Source: Minisyncoccota bacterium (lineage in GTDB: Bacteria; Patescibacteriota; Minisyncoccia; Phycocordibacterales; Phycocordibacteraceae). Taken from it: a stretch of 64,000 bases of DNA. How positions within the stretch are numbered: the stretch's first letter is position 1; each line of letters starts with the position of its first letter. The translations under genes and the position numbers were made by a program. Of this stretch, positions 10,100 to 18,962 are shown one piece after another. The stretch is taken from NCBI GenBank assembly GCA_035547315.1, contig DASZVH010000008.1, positions 33,233-97,232 of the forward strand, written 5' to 3'. The notes beneath the pieces are model-generated. The model saw only the letters and a list, made by a program, of their open reading frames with translations, searched no databases and was not told the origin of the DNA.

Positions 10100-10148
10100 G
10101 GGAGTTGAGGAAAGGCTCAAAGGCCACGAGCTAGGGATCGCCTAGCAA

Positions 10149-10184
10149 ACGAAAACCGCCCCTATGGGGGCGGTTTTCGTTTTT
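10149..10184 (+). terminator. Intrinsic terminator
   Basis: ACGAAAACCGCCCC-tatg-GGGGCGGTTTTCGT followed by a T run. Confidence 0.85.
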
Positions 10185-10246
10185 ATGCAGGGAGTTTACA
10201 ATGCTCGAAAAGGGGGTTTACAATAAAGCATAAGAGGGTTAACAAT

Positions 10247-11278
10247 ATGTCTATGGAGAAGAATCAATGGGAAATAAGAGAGTTCTTGCTCAAGAACTTG
10301 CCCGACCACCCCCAAGACATCGTCTCCTTGCTTGCAAGTACCTTTGGCTTCACGCGACAACGGGCCCACTTCTATCTGGCCAGGGAAGTCAAGAAAGGGA
10401 CAGTAGTCCGAGTAGGGAAGACCCGAGCGACCCGGTACTTTCTTGTCGGCAGCAAGAAGCTCCAAGTCACCCTTCCTTTAAAGAGTGTGACTGAAGACAG
10501 GGTCTGGGGTACGTATATAAGACCCATGCTCAATGACTATCCAGAGAATGTCCAAAGGGTTGCAAATTATGGATTCACGGAAATGCTCAATAACGCGATC
10601 GATCACTCGGAGGGCACCGAGGTCTGGATCGACGTGGAGATAACAGACAAGGCGCTCGCGTTCGTCATCATGGATAACGGCGTCGGCATCTTCCAGAAAA
10701 TCAAAGATGCCTTGAAGCTGGAGTCTGAAAGGGAGGCCATACTGCATCTCTCTAAAGGGAAGTTCACCACGGACCCTTCGCGGCATACAGGAGAAGGCAT
10801 ATTCTTCACGTCGAGAATGGTCGATGCCTTCTCGATCTTGTCCGACGACCTGTTCTACGTATTCCAGGGGTGGGAGTGGTTCTCCTCTCCGGAAAAGCCC
10901 GAGCCGTTCGGTCGCGGCACCTCAATCCGTATGGTTATCAACCTAGATACCAAGCGTACGCCCAAAGAGGTGCTCGATAAATATTCCAATGCCGAGATAG
11001 GATTCCATAAGACTATAGTGTCGGTAGGCCTGAGTTCAGACCCTAGTGATCCGCATGTATCCCGGTCTCAGGCCAAACGGCTGATGGCCGGGACCGAGAA
11101 ATTCCGTACGGTTATTCTCGACTTCCGTGGTGTGAAAGAGGTCGGGCAGGCGTTCGTGGACGAGATATTCAGGGTGTTCCAGAACGAGCATCCGTCTATC
11201 CGCATCGCCTATGCGAACGCAAACCCGGACGTGGAAGCGATGATTAAGAGAGGCCTTGCGGAGAGTCAGGCCTCATAA
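10247..11278 (+). CDS. HTH + HATPase_c + STAS-like (DUF4325-type) protein
   Basis: GHKL boxes (EMLNNAIDHS, DNGVGI, HTGEGIFF) and C-terminal SRSQAKR...LDFRGVKEVGQAFVDEIFRVF. Confidence 0.85.
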   Translation: MSMEKNQWEIREFLLKNLPDHPQDIVSLLASTFGFTRQRAHFYLAREVKKGTVVRVGKTRATRYFLVGSKKLQVTLPLKSVTEDRVWGTYIRPMLNDYPENVQRVANYGFTEMLNNAIDHSEGTEVWIDVEITDKALAFVIMDNGVGIFQKIKDALKLESEREAILHLSKGKFTTDPSRHTGEGIFFTSRMVDAFSILSDDLFYVFQGWEWFSSPEKPEPFGRGTSIRMVINLDTKRTPKEVLDKYSNAEIGFHKTIVSVGLSSDPSDPHVSRSQAKRLMAGTEKFRTVILDFRGVKEVGQAFVDEIFRVFQNEHPSIRIAYANANPDVEAMIKRGLAESQAS

Positions 11279-11314
11279 GGCTCGGTCAGGACGATTTTTG
11301 GTATACTAGGACAC

Positions 11315-12001
11315 ATGTCAAACAGCACCAAGTATTGGGTAATCGGAGTAGTGGTCATCGTCGCGCTCGGAGGGATCGCCTGGCTCATCACGGGCGCGAG
11401 CTCGAGCGCCTTCGCCGTCGATCCCGCCGACCGCCTCGCGAACTGGACCATCCCCGTCAATATCGACGCGAGCTCGACCGCGCTCTTCGAAGCGGATATC
11501 GCGAGCTTGAAGAGCGAGATCGGCACCACCACCTACTCGGCCGCCGATCTCTACACCGGCATCGGCAACGACTACCTCACGCTCGGGCAGGGCAGGGAGG
11601 CATACGAGTATTACGGCAAAGCGCTCGCGGCTTCCTCCACCGACCCTGTCATCTACGACAACCTCGGCGCCCTCTTCGAGCGGCTCTATGCGACCTCGAC
11701 CGCGCTCAAGGCCTATGCCAAGGCCGTCGCGCTCGCGCCCGCCACCGAGCTCTATCAGCTCGCCTATCTCCAGTATCTGGCGCAGGCCGAGCCGGAGGCG
11801 AGCTCGACCGCGGCCGCCTTCGCCGCGGCGGGGGAGGCGCTCGGCACGACCACGCCCGACTACCTGGTGGTACGCGCCGCCTGGGAGGGCGTGCTCGGCG
11901 ATACGGCCGCCGCGGTCGCCGATTGGCAGGCCGTGCGCGCGCAGGTCGCGCCCGCGCAGCAGGCCGCAATCGACGCCCAGATCGCGCGTCTGCGCCAATG
12001 A
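11315..12001 (+). CDS. Membrane-anchored TPR protein
   Basis: N-terminal TM and TPR-like repeats (IGNDYLTLGQGREAYEYYGKAL; YDNLGALF...AYAKAVALAP). Confidence 0.8.
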   Translation: MSNSTKYWVIGVVVIVALGGIAWLITGASSSAFAVDPADRLANWTIPVNIDASSTALFEADIASLKSEIGTTTYSAADLYTGIGNDYLTLGQGREAYEYYGKALAASSTDPVIYDNLGALFERLYATSTALKAYAKAVALAPATELYQLAYLQYLAQAEPEASSTAAAFAAAGEALGTTTPDYLVVRAAWEGVLGDTAAAVADWQAVRAQVAPAQQAAIDAQIARLRQ

Positions 12002-12126
12002 TCGCCTCCGAAAAGCGCCGCGCGCTCTCGTATGCCGTCGAGTTCGTGCGTTTTGCCGCCGGGTTCGCGCTCATCCTCGCGCTCGCGCTCATAGCGCTCC
12101 ACTTCGCCACCGCCGCAAGCGCCTAG
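11998..12126 (+). CDS. Small single-TM protein (42 aa)
   Basis: ATGA overlap with the TPR gene. Reads MIASEKRRALSYAVEFVRFAAGFALILALALIALHFATAASA and is followed by a terminator. Confidence 0.55.
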   Translation: MIASEKRRALSYAVEFVRFAAGFALILALALIALHFATAASA

Positions 12127-12131
12127 GGTAT

Positions 12132-12168
12132 AAAAAGCGCCGCCGCGGCCCTTGGCCGCGGCGGTTTC
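12132..12168. terminator. Terminator between convergent genes
   Basis: CCGCCGCGGCC-ctt-GGCCGCGGCGG hairpin flanked by A and T runs. Confidence 0.65.
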
Positions 12169-12169
12169 G

Positions 12170-12499
12170 TTAATGCGTGATGCCGACGAGGTATCCCTCC
12201 TTGTCGAACATCATGCATGAGAGATCGAGGCGGGTCGCCTCGTCGCCGGAGAAGCGGAACTCGCCGCCCTCCTCCTGCCGGATCACTCCCGCGAGCTTCT
12301 CGAGGATATCTCGCGTCGGGGCGGGGCGGACGTTCGGGAAGCTGCCGCGCTTGTTCTTCGCGATGGCGACGAGCCCGCTGCCGACCGCGAGCCGCAGGTG
12401 CTGATCCTCGATGGCGTTGACCGCGGCGATGGCGAGCGCCGCCTTAGAGAATTGCCTGCGCGGCGGGGGCGCCGCCGCAATGGCCGATTCCGAATCCAT
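12170..12499 (-). CDS. Hypothetical protein
   Basis: ORF of about 109 aa filling the gap between the terminator and the divergent rplJ promoter. No recognisable motif. Confidence 0.5.
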   Translation of the reverse strand: MDSESAIAAAPPPRRQFSKAALAIAAVNAIEDQHLRLAVGSGLVAIAKNKRGSFPNVRPAPTRDILEKLAGVIRQEEGGEFRFSGDEATRLDLSCMMFDKEGYLVGITH

Positions 12500-12584
12500 A
12501 GTAAAGAACTCCTCTTGAGTGCGAGCGCACCCTACCACGACTTGCCTTGCGCGCCAAACGCCGCGCTGCTATAGTCGCGGGGTA

Positions 12585-12695
12585 CGAACCGAAGACCGTG
12601 GGTAGCAGATTCCGAGCGTACTCGCGAGGGGTCGGCGGTAAAGCCTGCGCAGGGAGACCGATAGGTCGAACTCTCCTTCACGTTCGTTCGTACGG
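12585..12695 (+). promoter_or_regulatory. Ribosomal protein L10 leader (autoregulatory RNA)
   Basis: CCGAAGACCGTGGG...TAAAGCCTGCGCAGG core directly upstream of rplJ, enclosed by a GTACGAAC/GTTCGTAC stem and preceded by a TATAGT -10. Confidence 0.75.
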
Positions 12696-12703
12696 AACAC
12701 AAC

Positions 12704-13198
12704 ATGGCAATAAGCAAAGAGAAGAAGAACGCGATCAGCGAGAAGCTGGCGAGCGTCCTCGCGGGCGCGGCGTCGGTCGTCTTCGTCCGCTTCCACAAGC
12801 TCTCGGTGGCCGACACCGCGGCGGTGCGCAAGCAGCTGAAACAGGAGGGCGTCGGCTACTACGTCGCCAAGAAGACGCTGATCAAGCGCGCGCTCGCGCA
12901 GAAGGGCTTCGCGGGGGAGCTCCCGCCGCTGGAGGGCGAGATCGCGCTCGCCTGGAGCGAGGAAGACCCGACCGCGCCGGCCCGGCTCATCTGGGCCGCA
13001 GGGAAGAAGTATAAGGACGCGCTCGCGATCGCGGGCGGCGTCTTCGAGGAGGCATTCGCGGATGCCGCGAAGATGCTCTCGATCGCGACGATCCCGCCGC
13101 TGCCCGCCCTGCGCGGCATGTTCGCCAACGTTATCAACTCGCCTCGGAGCCGGCTCGCTATCGCGCTTGCGGAGGTCGCCAAAACTAAAACTAGCTAA
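12704..13198 (+). CDS. rplJ: 50S ribosomal protein L10
   Basis: MAISKEKK...LSVAD...VRKQLK...[11 protein letters not shown] motifs, directly upstream of rplL. Confidence 0.93.
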   Translation: MAISKEKKNAISEKLASVLAGAASVVFVRFHKLSVADTAAVRKQLKQEGVGYYVAKKTLIKRALAQKGFAGELPPLEGEIALAWSEEDPTAPARLIWAAGKKYKDALAIAGGVFEEAFADAAKMLSIATIPPLPALRGMFANVINSPRSRLAIALAEVAKTKTS

Positions 13199-13200
13199 TC

Positions 13201-13563
13201 ATGAATCAGGATCAGATCATCGACGCCGTCGAGAAGATGACCGTGCTCGAGCTCAACACGCTCGTGAAGGCCATCGAGGAGAAGTGGGGCGTCTCCGCGA
13301 CCGCGGTCGCGGCGGCGGGCCCGGCCGCGGCCGGCCCGGCCGAGGAGGGCAAGAGCACCGCGGACGTGGAGCTCACGGACGCGGGCGCGCAGAAGATCGC
13401 CGTCATCAAGGTGGTCAAGGAGGCGCTCGCGCTCGGCCTCAAGGAGGCCAAGGATCTCGTCGACGGCGCTCCGGCCATGCTCAAGCAGGGCATGAAGAAG
13501 GAGGACGCCGAGGAGCTCAAGGGCAAGCTCGAGGCGGCGGGCGCGAAGGTTACGCTGAAGTAA
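13201..13563 (+). CDS. rplL: 50S ribosomal protein L7/L12
   Basis: [44 protein letters not shown] and [11 protein letters not shown]. Confidence 0.97.
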   Translation: MNQDQIIDAVEKMTVLELNTLVKAIEEKWGVSATAVAAAGPAAAGPAEEGKSTADVELTDAGAQKIAVIKVVKEALALGLKEAKDLVDGAPAMLKQGMKKEDAEELKGKLEAAGAKVTLK

Positions 13564-13591
13564 CTTCTGAGCCGACGCCGCGCAGGCGGCC

Positions 13592-13625
13592 AAAAACGCG
13601 CGGGGGCGCTCCCCGCGCGTTTTTG
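13592..13625 (+). terminator. Intrinsic terminator after rplL
   Basis: AAAAACGCGCGGGG-gcgct-CCCCGCGCGTTTTT. Confidence 0.8.
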
Positions 13626-13660
13626 CATTTTGGCCGGCGCGCGCGTACACTTTGCCGGAC

Positions 13661-14230
13661 ATGGACGCTCTCGGGAAGCTTTTCGGTTCTCCGGCGCGGC
13701 TCAAACTCTTGCGCGCGTTCATCTTCAGCCCCGGCGCGGCGCTCTCGGCCGAGAGCCTCGCCGCGCGGCTTGCGCTCCCGGGCGAGAAGCTGCGCGCCGA
13801 GCTCGCCGCGCTCGCCGGCATCGGCCTCGTGCGCAAGAGCGGCGCCGGCGCCAAGGCGCGCTACGCGCTCGACCGGCGCTATCCGCACCTCGCCGCGCTC
13901 GACCGCTTCATCCGGGAGACCACGGCCGCCGAGCCCGCCGACCTCAAGCGCGCGCTCCGGCAGGCCGGGAGCCCCGAGGTGGTGGTGCTTTCCGGCTTTT
14001 TCACCGGCCTCAGCGAGTCTTCGGTCGACCTCCTCGTGGTGGGGGACGCGCTTAAGGAGCGCGCGCTCGCCAGGGCCGTCCGCGGCATCGAGGCCGAGCT
14101 CGGGCGGGAGATACGCTACGCGGTGCTCTCGGGGAGCGATTTCCGCTACCGGCACGGGGTCTATGACCGCCTTTTGCGCGATATTTTCGACTATCCACAC
14201 CGGGTCATCGTGGACCGCATCGGGCTCTAG
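13661..14230 (+). CDS. wHTH plus degenerate nucleotidyltransferase-fold protein
   Basis: LFGSPARLKLL wHTH start and SGFF...VDLLVVGD MNT-like motif. Confidence 0.75.
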   Translation: MDALGKLFGSPARLKLLRAFIFSPGAALSAESLAARLALPGEKLRAELAALAGIGLVRKSGAGAKARYALDRRYPHLAALDRFIRETTAAEPADLKRALRQAGSPEVVVLSGFFTGLSESSVDLLVVGDALKERALARAVRGIEAELGREIRYAVLSGSDFRYRHGVYDRLLRDIFDYPHRVIVDRIGL

Positions 14231-14301
14231 GGCGTGCTAGGCTTTAAAGGTGGCGCTCGCGCCAATCGCGAGATTAATCGATAAACTATCACGCAGTTGC
14301 T

Positions 14302-14985
14302 ATGGTTTTCACCACCTGGGCGGATACGCTCAATGCCTCGTTCCAGAACCTCTTCTACGGGGTCGTGGCCTTTATCCCGAACTTGGTCGTCGCGGTCGTC
14401 ATCTTCGTCATCGGCTGGCTCATAGGGCTCGGGCTCGGCCGGGTGGTCGAACAGATTATCGACGCGCTCAAGATCGACCAGGCGCTCAAGGCGGCCGGCG
14501 TTGACCGCGTCGTCAGCCGCGCGGGCTTTACGCTCTCGTCGGGTAAGTTCCTCGGCTTCCTCGTCAAGTGGTTCTTCATCATCGTCTTCCTCGTCGCGGC
14601 CTTGGGAGTGCTCCACCTCGACCAGGTGAATCTCTTCATCAGCGACGTCGTCCTCGGCTACCTCCCGCAGGTGATCGTGGCGGTGCTGATCCTCTTGGTC
14701 GCGGCCGTCGTCGCGAACGCGGCGGAGCGCGTGGTCGCGGGCGCGGCGCGCGCGGCGGAGATCCGCGCGGCGGGCTTCATCGGCCAGGTCGCCAAGTGGG
14801 CGATCTGGATCTTCGCGATCCTCGCGGCGCTCTCCGAGCTCGAGGTCGCGACTGCCTTCGTCCAGACCCTCTTCACCGGCATCGTCATCGCGATCGCTCT
14901 GGCGCTCGGCCTCTCTTTCGGCCTTGGCGGCCAGGCCTCCGCGGCTCGCTACCTGGAGCATCTCCGGGGCGAGATCAAGGAATAA
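14302..14985 (+). CDS. CmpX-like TM-helix-repeat (MscS-associated) membrane protein
   Basis: Two repeats (FIPNLVVAVVIFVIGWLI; YLPQVIVAVLILLVA) and a C-terminal ALGLSFGLGG. Confidence 0.85.
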   Translation: MVFTTWADTLNASFQNLFYGVVAFIPNLVVAVVIFVIGWLIGLGLGRVVEQIIDALKIDQALKAAGVDRVVSRAGFTLSSGKFLGFLVKWFFIIVFLVAALGVLHLDQVNLFISDVVLGYLPQVIVAVLILLVAAVVANAAERVVAGAARAAEIRAAGFIGQVAKWAIWIFAILAALSELEVATAFVQTLFTGIVIAIALALGLSFGLGGQASAARYLEHLRGEIKE

Positions 14986-15007
14986 GCCTGCCTACCGGTA
15001 GGCAGGC
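14986..15007. repeat. 22-bp perfect palindrome, copy 1 of a short dispersed element
   Basis: GCCTGCCTACCGGTAGGCAGGC is its own reverse complement. A related copy lies at 25300-25319. Confidence 0.8.
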
Positions 15008-15023
15008 GCTCGCTTCTCCTTAC

Positions 15024-15052
15024 GCAAAACGGCCCCGGAAGGGGCGTTTTGC
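15024..15052 (+). terminator. Probable terminator hairpin
   Basis: GCAAAACG(g)CCCC-ggaa-GGGGCGTTTTGC. Confidence 0.6.
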
Positions 15053-15093
15053 TATCCCCAACATACCCCAAATGGCGGGCTCCGGGCCGCTGG

Positions 15094-15122
15094 TTGACAG
15101 CCATTTGGGGCTCGCGTATACT
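15094..15122 (+). promoter_or_regulatory. Sigma-70 promoter of the 23S-5S unit
   Basis: TTGACA-17 nt-TATACT. Confidence 0.85.
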
Positions 15123-15362
15123 CGCCTCTACGTGTCTACGAATACGAAATCCACTCACATTCCTAGGCGAAAGGGCCGGTAGGCCCACGCGCGCGTAAAA
15201 AGCGCTCGAAACCGCCCGGGAAGGGCGGTTTTCGTTTCGAGAGGAGGCACGGAGCTCTTCGACATACGAATACGCAAAGGTAATGAAGAAACTCGCGCTA
15301 TCGAGCCGATAGCGCGGGCGAATCAAGTGCAAGCATAACGATTGTGGTATTCAGATCTCCGC

Positions 15363-18300
15363 ACAGGAGAAATGAAGAGTACACGGTGGATGCCTTGGCT
15401 TAGGATGGCGATGAAGGACGCGACTGATCTCGCGATAAGCTCCGGGGAAGCGATACGTGGCTAACGATCCGGAGATCTCCGAATGAGGAAACTCACCCTG
15501 ACGCAAGGAAGGGTACGCGCGAGGTAACGCTCGCGCGAGCGAACCCAGGGAAGTGAAACATCTCAGTACCTGGAGGAAAAGTGAATAATAATTATTCCCC
15601 GAGTAGCGGCGAGCGAAACGGGAAGAGCCCAAACCTCGGTCTTCGGACCGGGGGGTTGTAAGGCGGAGCGGGCGCAAGCCAGAGAGTTATCAATCAGGTC
15701 TATAGCCGAAGCTGCTGGGAAGCAGCGCCCCAGAGGGTAATGGCCCCGTAGGCGAAATGGATCCTGACTCTCGCTCCGTTCTTGAGTAGCGCCAGACACG
15801 AATAGCTGGCGCGAAGCTGCCGGAACTAACCGGCAAGGCAAAATACATCCTACGACCGATAGCGAACTAGTACCGTGAGGGAAAGGTGAAAAGCACCCCG
15901 AGAGGGGAGTGAAATAGAACTGAAACCGTGTACTTACAAAGGGTGGGAGCGGGCCTCCGCAAGGAGTGCGCCGTGACCGCGTGCCTATTGAAGAATGAGC
16001 CGGCGAGTGGATGCAGATTGCATAGCTAAGGCCTTACGGGCCGGAGCTTAAGGGAAACCGAGCGTTAAGAGCGCGTTGGTAGTCTGCATACGACCCGAAG
16101 CCAGATGAGCTTGCCATGCGCAGGCTGAAGTGCGGCGAAAGCCGCATGGAGGGCCGAACCCATAAGTTGTACAACGCTTTGGGATGACGTGTGGCAAGGA
16201 GTGAAAAGCTAATCGAATCTGGGAATAGCTGGTTCTCTCCGAAACAGCTTTTGGGCTGGCGTCGCGATAACGTGCAGCTGGAGGTAGAGCACTGGAAGGG
16301 ACCAACAGGGAGAAATCTCGTGGTTCCTATCAAACTCCGAATGCCAGCTGCCCCGCGCGGCAGTTAGACGGTGGGGGCGAAGCTCCACGCGTCGAGAGGG
16401 GAAGAGCCCGGATCGCAAGTTAAGGCCCCAAAATCTACGCTCAGTACATCACAAGGAAGTGCGGATTCATTGACAGCGAGGATGTTGGCTTAGAAGCAGC
16501 CACCATTCAAAGAAAGCGTAACAGCTCACTCGTCGAGAGTCCGTGCGCCGAAGATGATCGGGGTTAAGCGTAGTGCCGAAACTGCGGGCTTGAGCATGTA
16601 TGTATATATGCCAAGCGGTAGGAGAGCGTTCGCATCCGCGATGAAGGTCAAGGGGTAACCCAGGCTGGAGCGTTGCGAAGTGAGAATGCCGGTACAAGTA
16701 ACCACAATGCAGGTGAGATCCCTGCACATCGAAAGACCGAGGTTTCCAGAGCCATGGTAATCATCTCTGGGTTAGTCGGGCCTAAGGGGATGGCGAAAGC
16801 CGCACCCGATGGACACACGGTTAATATTCCGTGACCGGCTTGGTGGGCGACGGAGTGACGGACTGCTGTAGACGCTGCCGCTTATTGGATTGCGGCTGGA
16901 GCTATGAGGGCGCGCTGTAGGTAAATCCGCAGCGCATCAAGCCCGAGTAGAAACGCGATTCTCTCTACGGGGAGGAAAGAGCGTCGAGCGCGGTCTCGAG
17001 AAAACCTTCTACGCTTAACCATCAAGCTGACCGTACCGCAAACCGACACAGGTGGTCTGGGCGAGTAGCCCTAGATGAACGAGTGAGATGTCCTCAAGGA
17101 ACTCGGCAAAAAAGCGGCCGTAAGTTAGCGATAAGGCCTGCCCCTCGCAAGAGGGGCCGCAGTGAAAGTTTCCCTGGCAACTGTTTACCAAAAACACAGC
17201 TCCCTGCGAACTCGTAAGAGGAGGTATAGGGGGTGACACCTGACCAATGCCGGAAGGTCAACCGAGGCGGGTACTGGATAGCAATATCGAGTGCTGAGCT
17301 TCGTAAGCCCCGGTGAATGTCGGCGATAACTATAATCGTCCTAAGGTAGCGCAATTCCTTGTCGGGTAAATTCCGACGTGCACGAATGGTGTAATGACTG
17401 GGGAACTGTCTCGAGGACTCGCTCGGTGAAAATGCACTTCCGGTGAAGATGCCGGATACCTGTAGTTAGACGAAAAGACCCCAGGAGCTTTACTACAGCT
17501 TCGTATTGGCCCTGCGGAATTCATGCGTAGCATAGTGGTGAGAGGTTGAAGCATCGGTTTCGGCTGGTGTGGACTCGTCAGTGAAATAGCCATCTTGAAT
17601 TCTGCAGTGTCTAACCTAGCCGGACAAAACCGGCTGGGGACCGTGCGTGGCGGGTAGTTTTGGTGGGGCGCTATCCTCCCAAAATGTAACGGAGGAGTTT
17701 ATCAAGGTCGGCTAGGCGCGAATGGAAACCGTGCCGATAGTGTAATGGCAGAAGCCGGCTTAACTGAAAGGGGGACATCCCGATCAGATGCGAAAGCAGA
17801 ACATAGTGATCCGATGGTTCGCCTTAGATGCGGCCAGAGCTCAACGGATAAAAGTTACCCTGGGGATAACAGGCTAGTTCCGCCCAAGCGTCCATAGCGA
17901 CGGCGGAGTTCGGCACCTCGATGTCGGCTCACCTTAGCGCGGGGCTGGAGAAGGTCCCAAGCGTTTGGCTGTTCGCCAATTAAAAAGGTACGCGAGCTGG
18001 GTTCAAACCGTTCAGCATCTCATATCGAGGTTAAACCTCGATAATGGGGGATTGAACGGTTTGAACCCACGAGGAATCTGTTAGCCGCGTGGAGACGCGG
18101 TGTGCGAAAACGACAATTCACGGCGGCGCGGTGCAGGAATGCATCGCGAAGCAAATCAACTGATATCGGTGGAATCCGTAATGCAACGGACAACACCGAG
18201 GGAAGTTTGTGAGTTTCAAAGGGAAGAGGTGAGATAATCCTCGAAATCAGTAGTTGCGTAACAGCATGCCGCAGCGAAAAAGCGAGGACGACTTCGGTCG

Positions 18301-18733
18301 TTCAACCCCTCTTCCTGCTGAATCCAAACGGATTCGGCTTCCCTTTGAAACTCACAAGCACCCGTAGAGACTGAATGTTGATCACCGAGAACCGGTGAAG
18401 TTACAGTCCGATCCTCCGGGCAATCGGAGCAAACAAGATGCGTGAGACAGGTTGGTCTCCTATCTACTACAGGCGTTGATTCTTGAGAGGGCTCGTCCCT
18501 AGTACGAGAGGACCGGGATGAACTGACCTCTGGTCTGTGGGCTGTCGCGCCAGCGGCACCGCCCAGTAGCTATGTCGGGTTTAGATAACCGCTGAAAGCA
18601 TATAAGCGGGAAGCTAGCCTCAAGATAAGGAATCGTTATGAGACTCGTGGGAGATGACCACGTCGATAGGCTCTAGGTGGAAGCGCCGTGAGGCGTTGAG
18701 CCGAGGAGTACTAATATGTCCATCTCCTGTGCG
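15363..18733 (+). rRNA. rrl: 23S rRNA interrupted by a group I intron (ends approximate)
   Basis: Conserved segments GTACACGGTGGATGCC, AGTACCGTGAGGGAAAG, GGATAACAGGCT and the sarcin-ricin loop AGTACGAGAGGAC. The flanks form a long processing stem. Confidence 0.97.
18012..18440 (+). mobile_element. Group I intron without homing endonuclease ORF, at the E. coli 23S 2593-equivalent site
   Basis: 429-nt insert splitting AAACCGT^CGTGAGACAG, with upstream exon U and terminal G. P3 ATCAAC/GTTGAT, P7 GAGACTG/CAGTC, S element AAGTTACAGTCC, and IGS TTCACGGCGG at 18117-18126. Confidence 0.92.
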
Positions 18734-18814
18734 GAACTCTGAAGGGCACAATCGCGCTTGCAATTACTTTTGCGTATATCGTTGTCATCTTGGAGCGAAT
18801 CAAACGCGCCCAGG

Positions 18815-18931
18815 ATGCTGGTGATTTATCGGAGGGGTCATACCCGATCCCATTCCGAACTCGGCAGTCAAGCCCTCTTGAGCCGATGGTACTGGCCTTA
18901 ACCGGCCGGGAGAGTAGGTAGTCGCCAGCAT
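18815..18931 (+). rRNA. rrf: 5S rRNA
   Basis: CCCATTCCGAACTC, GCCGATGGTACT and GGGAGAGTAGGT motifs, with terminal TGCTGG/CCAGCA helix. Confidence 0.95.
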
Positions 18932-18962
18932 CCTGGGCGTGTTTGTTTTATACTGAGGGGCA

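Noticed and set aside
6653-10120. 1155-aa minus-strand ORF opposite the surface protein
   Set aside because: Antisense shadow caused by strong codon bias. It is Arg-rich with no motifs. The same applies to the many other overlapping GC-rich shadow ORFs in the track.
13661-14230. MNT-HEPN toxin-antitoxin system
   Set aside because: No adjacent HEPN gene, and the nucleotidyltransferase motif is degenerate.
15351-17593. ORFs within the 23S gene (and likewise within the 16S at 28147-29494)
   Set aside because: They overlap conserved rRNA sequence and are spurious.
18077-18112. Hammerhead ribozyme in the intron L1 insert (CTGTTAG-stem-CGAAA)
   Set aside because: The core deviates from CUGANGA, and no convincing stems I and III or cleavage triplet were found.
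18012-18440. Homing endonuclease in the intron
   Set aside because: No ORF of adequate length and no LAGLIDADG, GIY-YIG or HNH motif.
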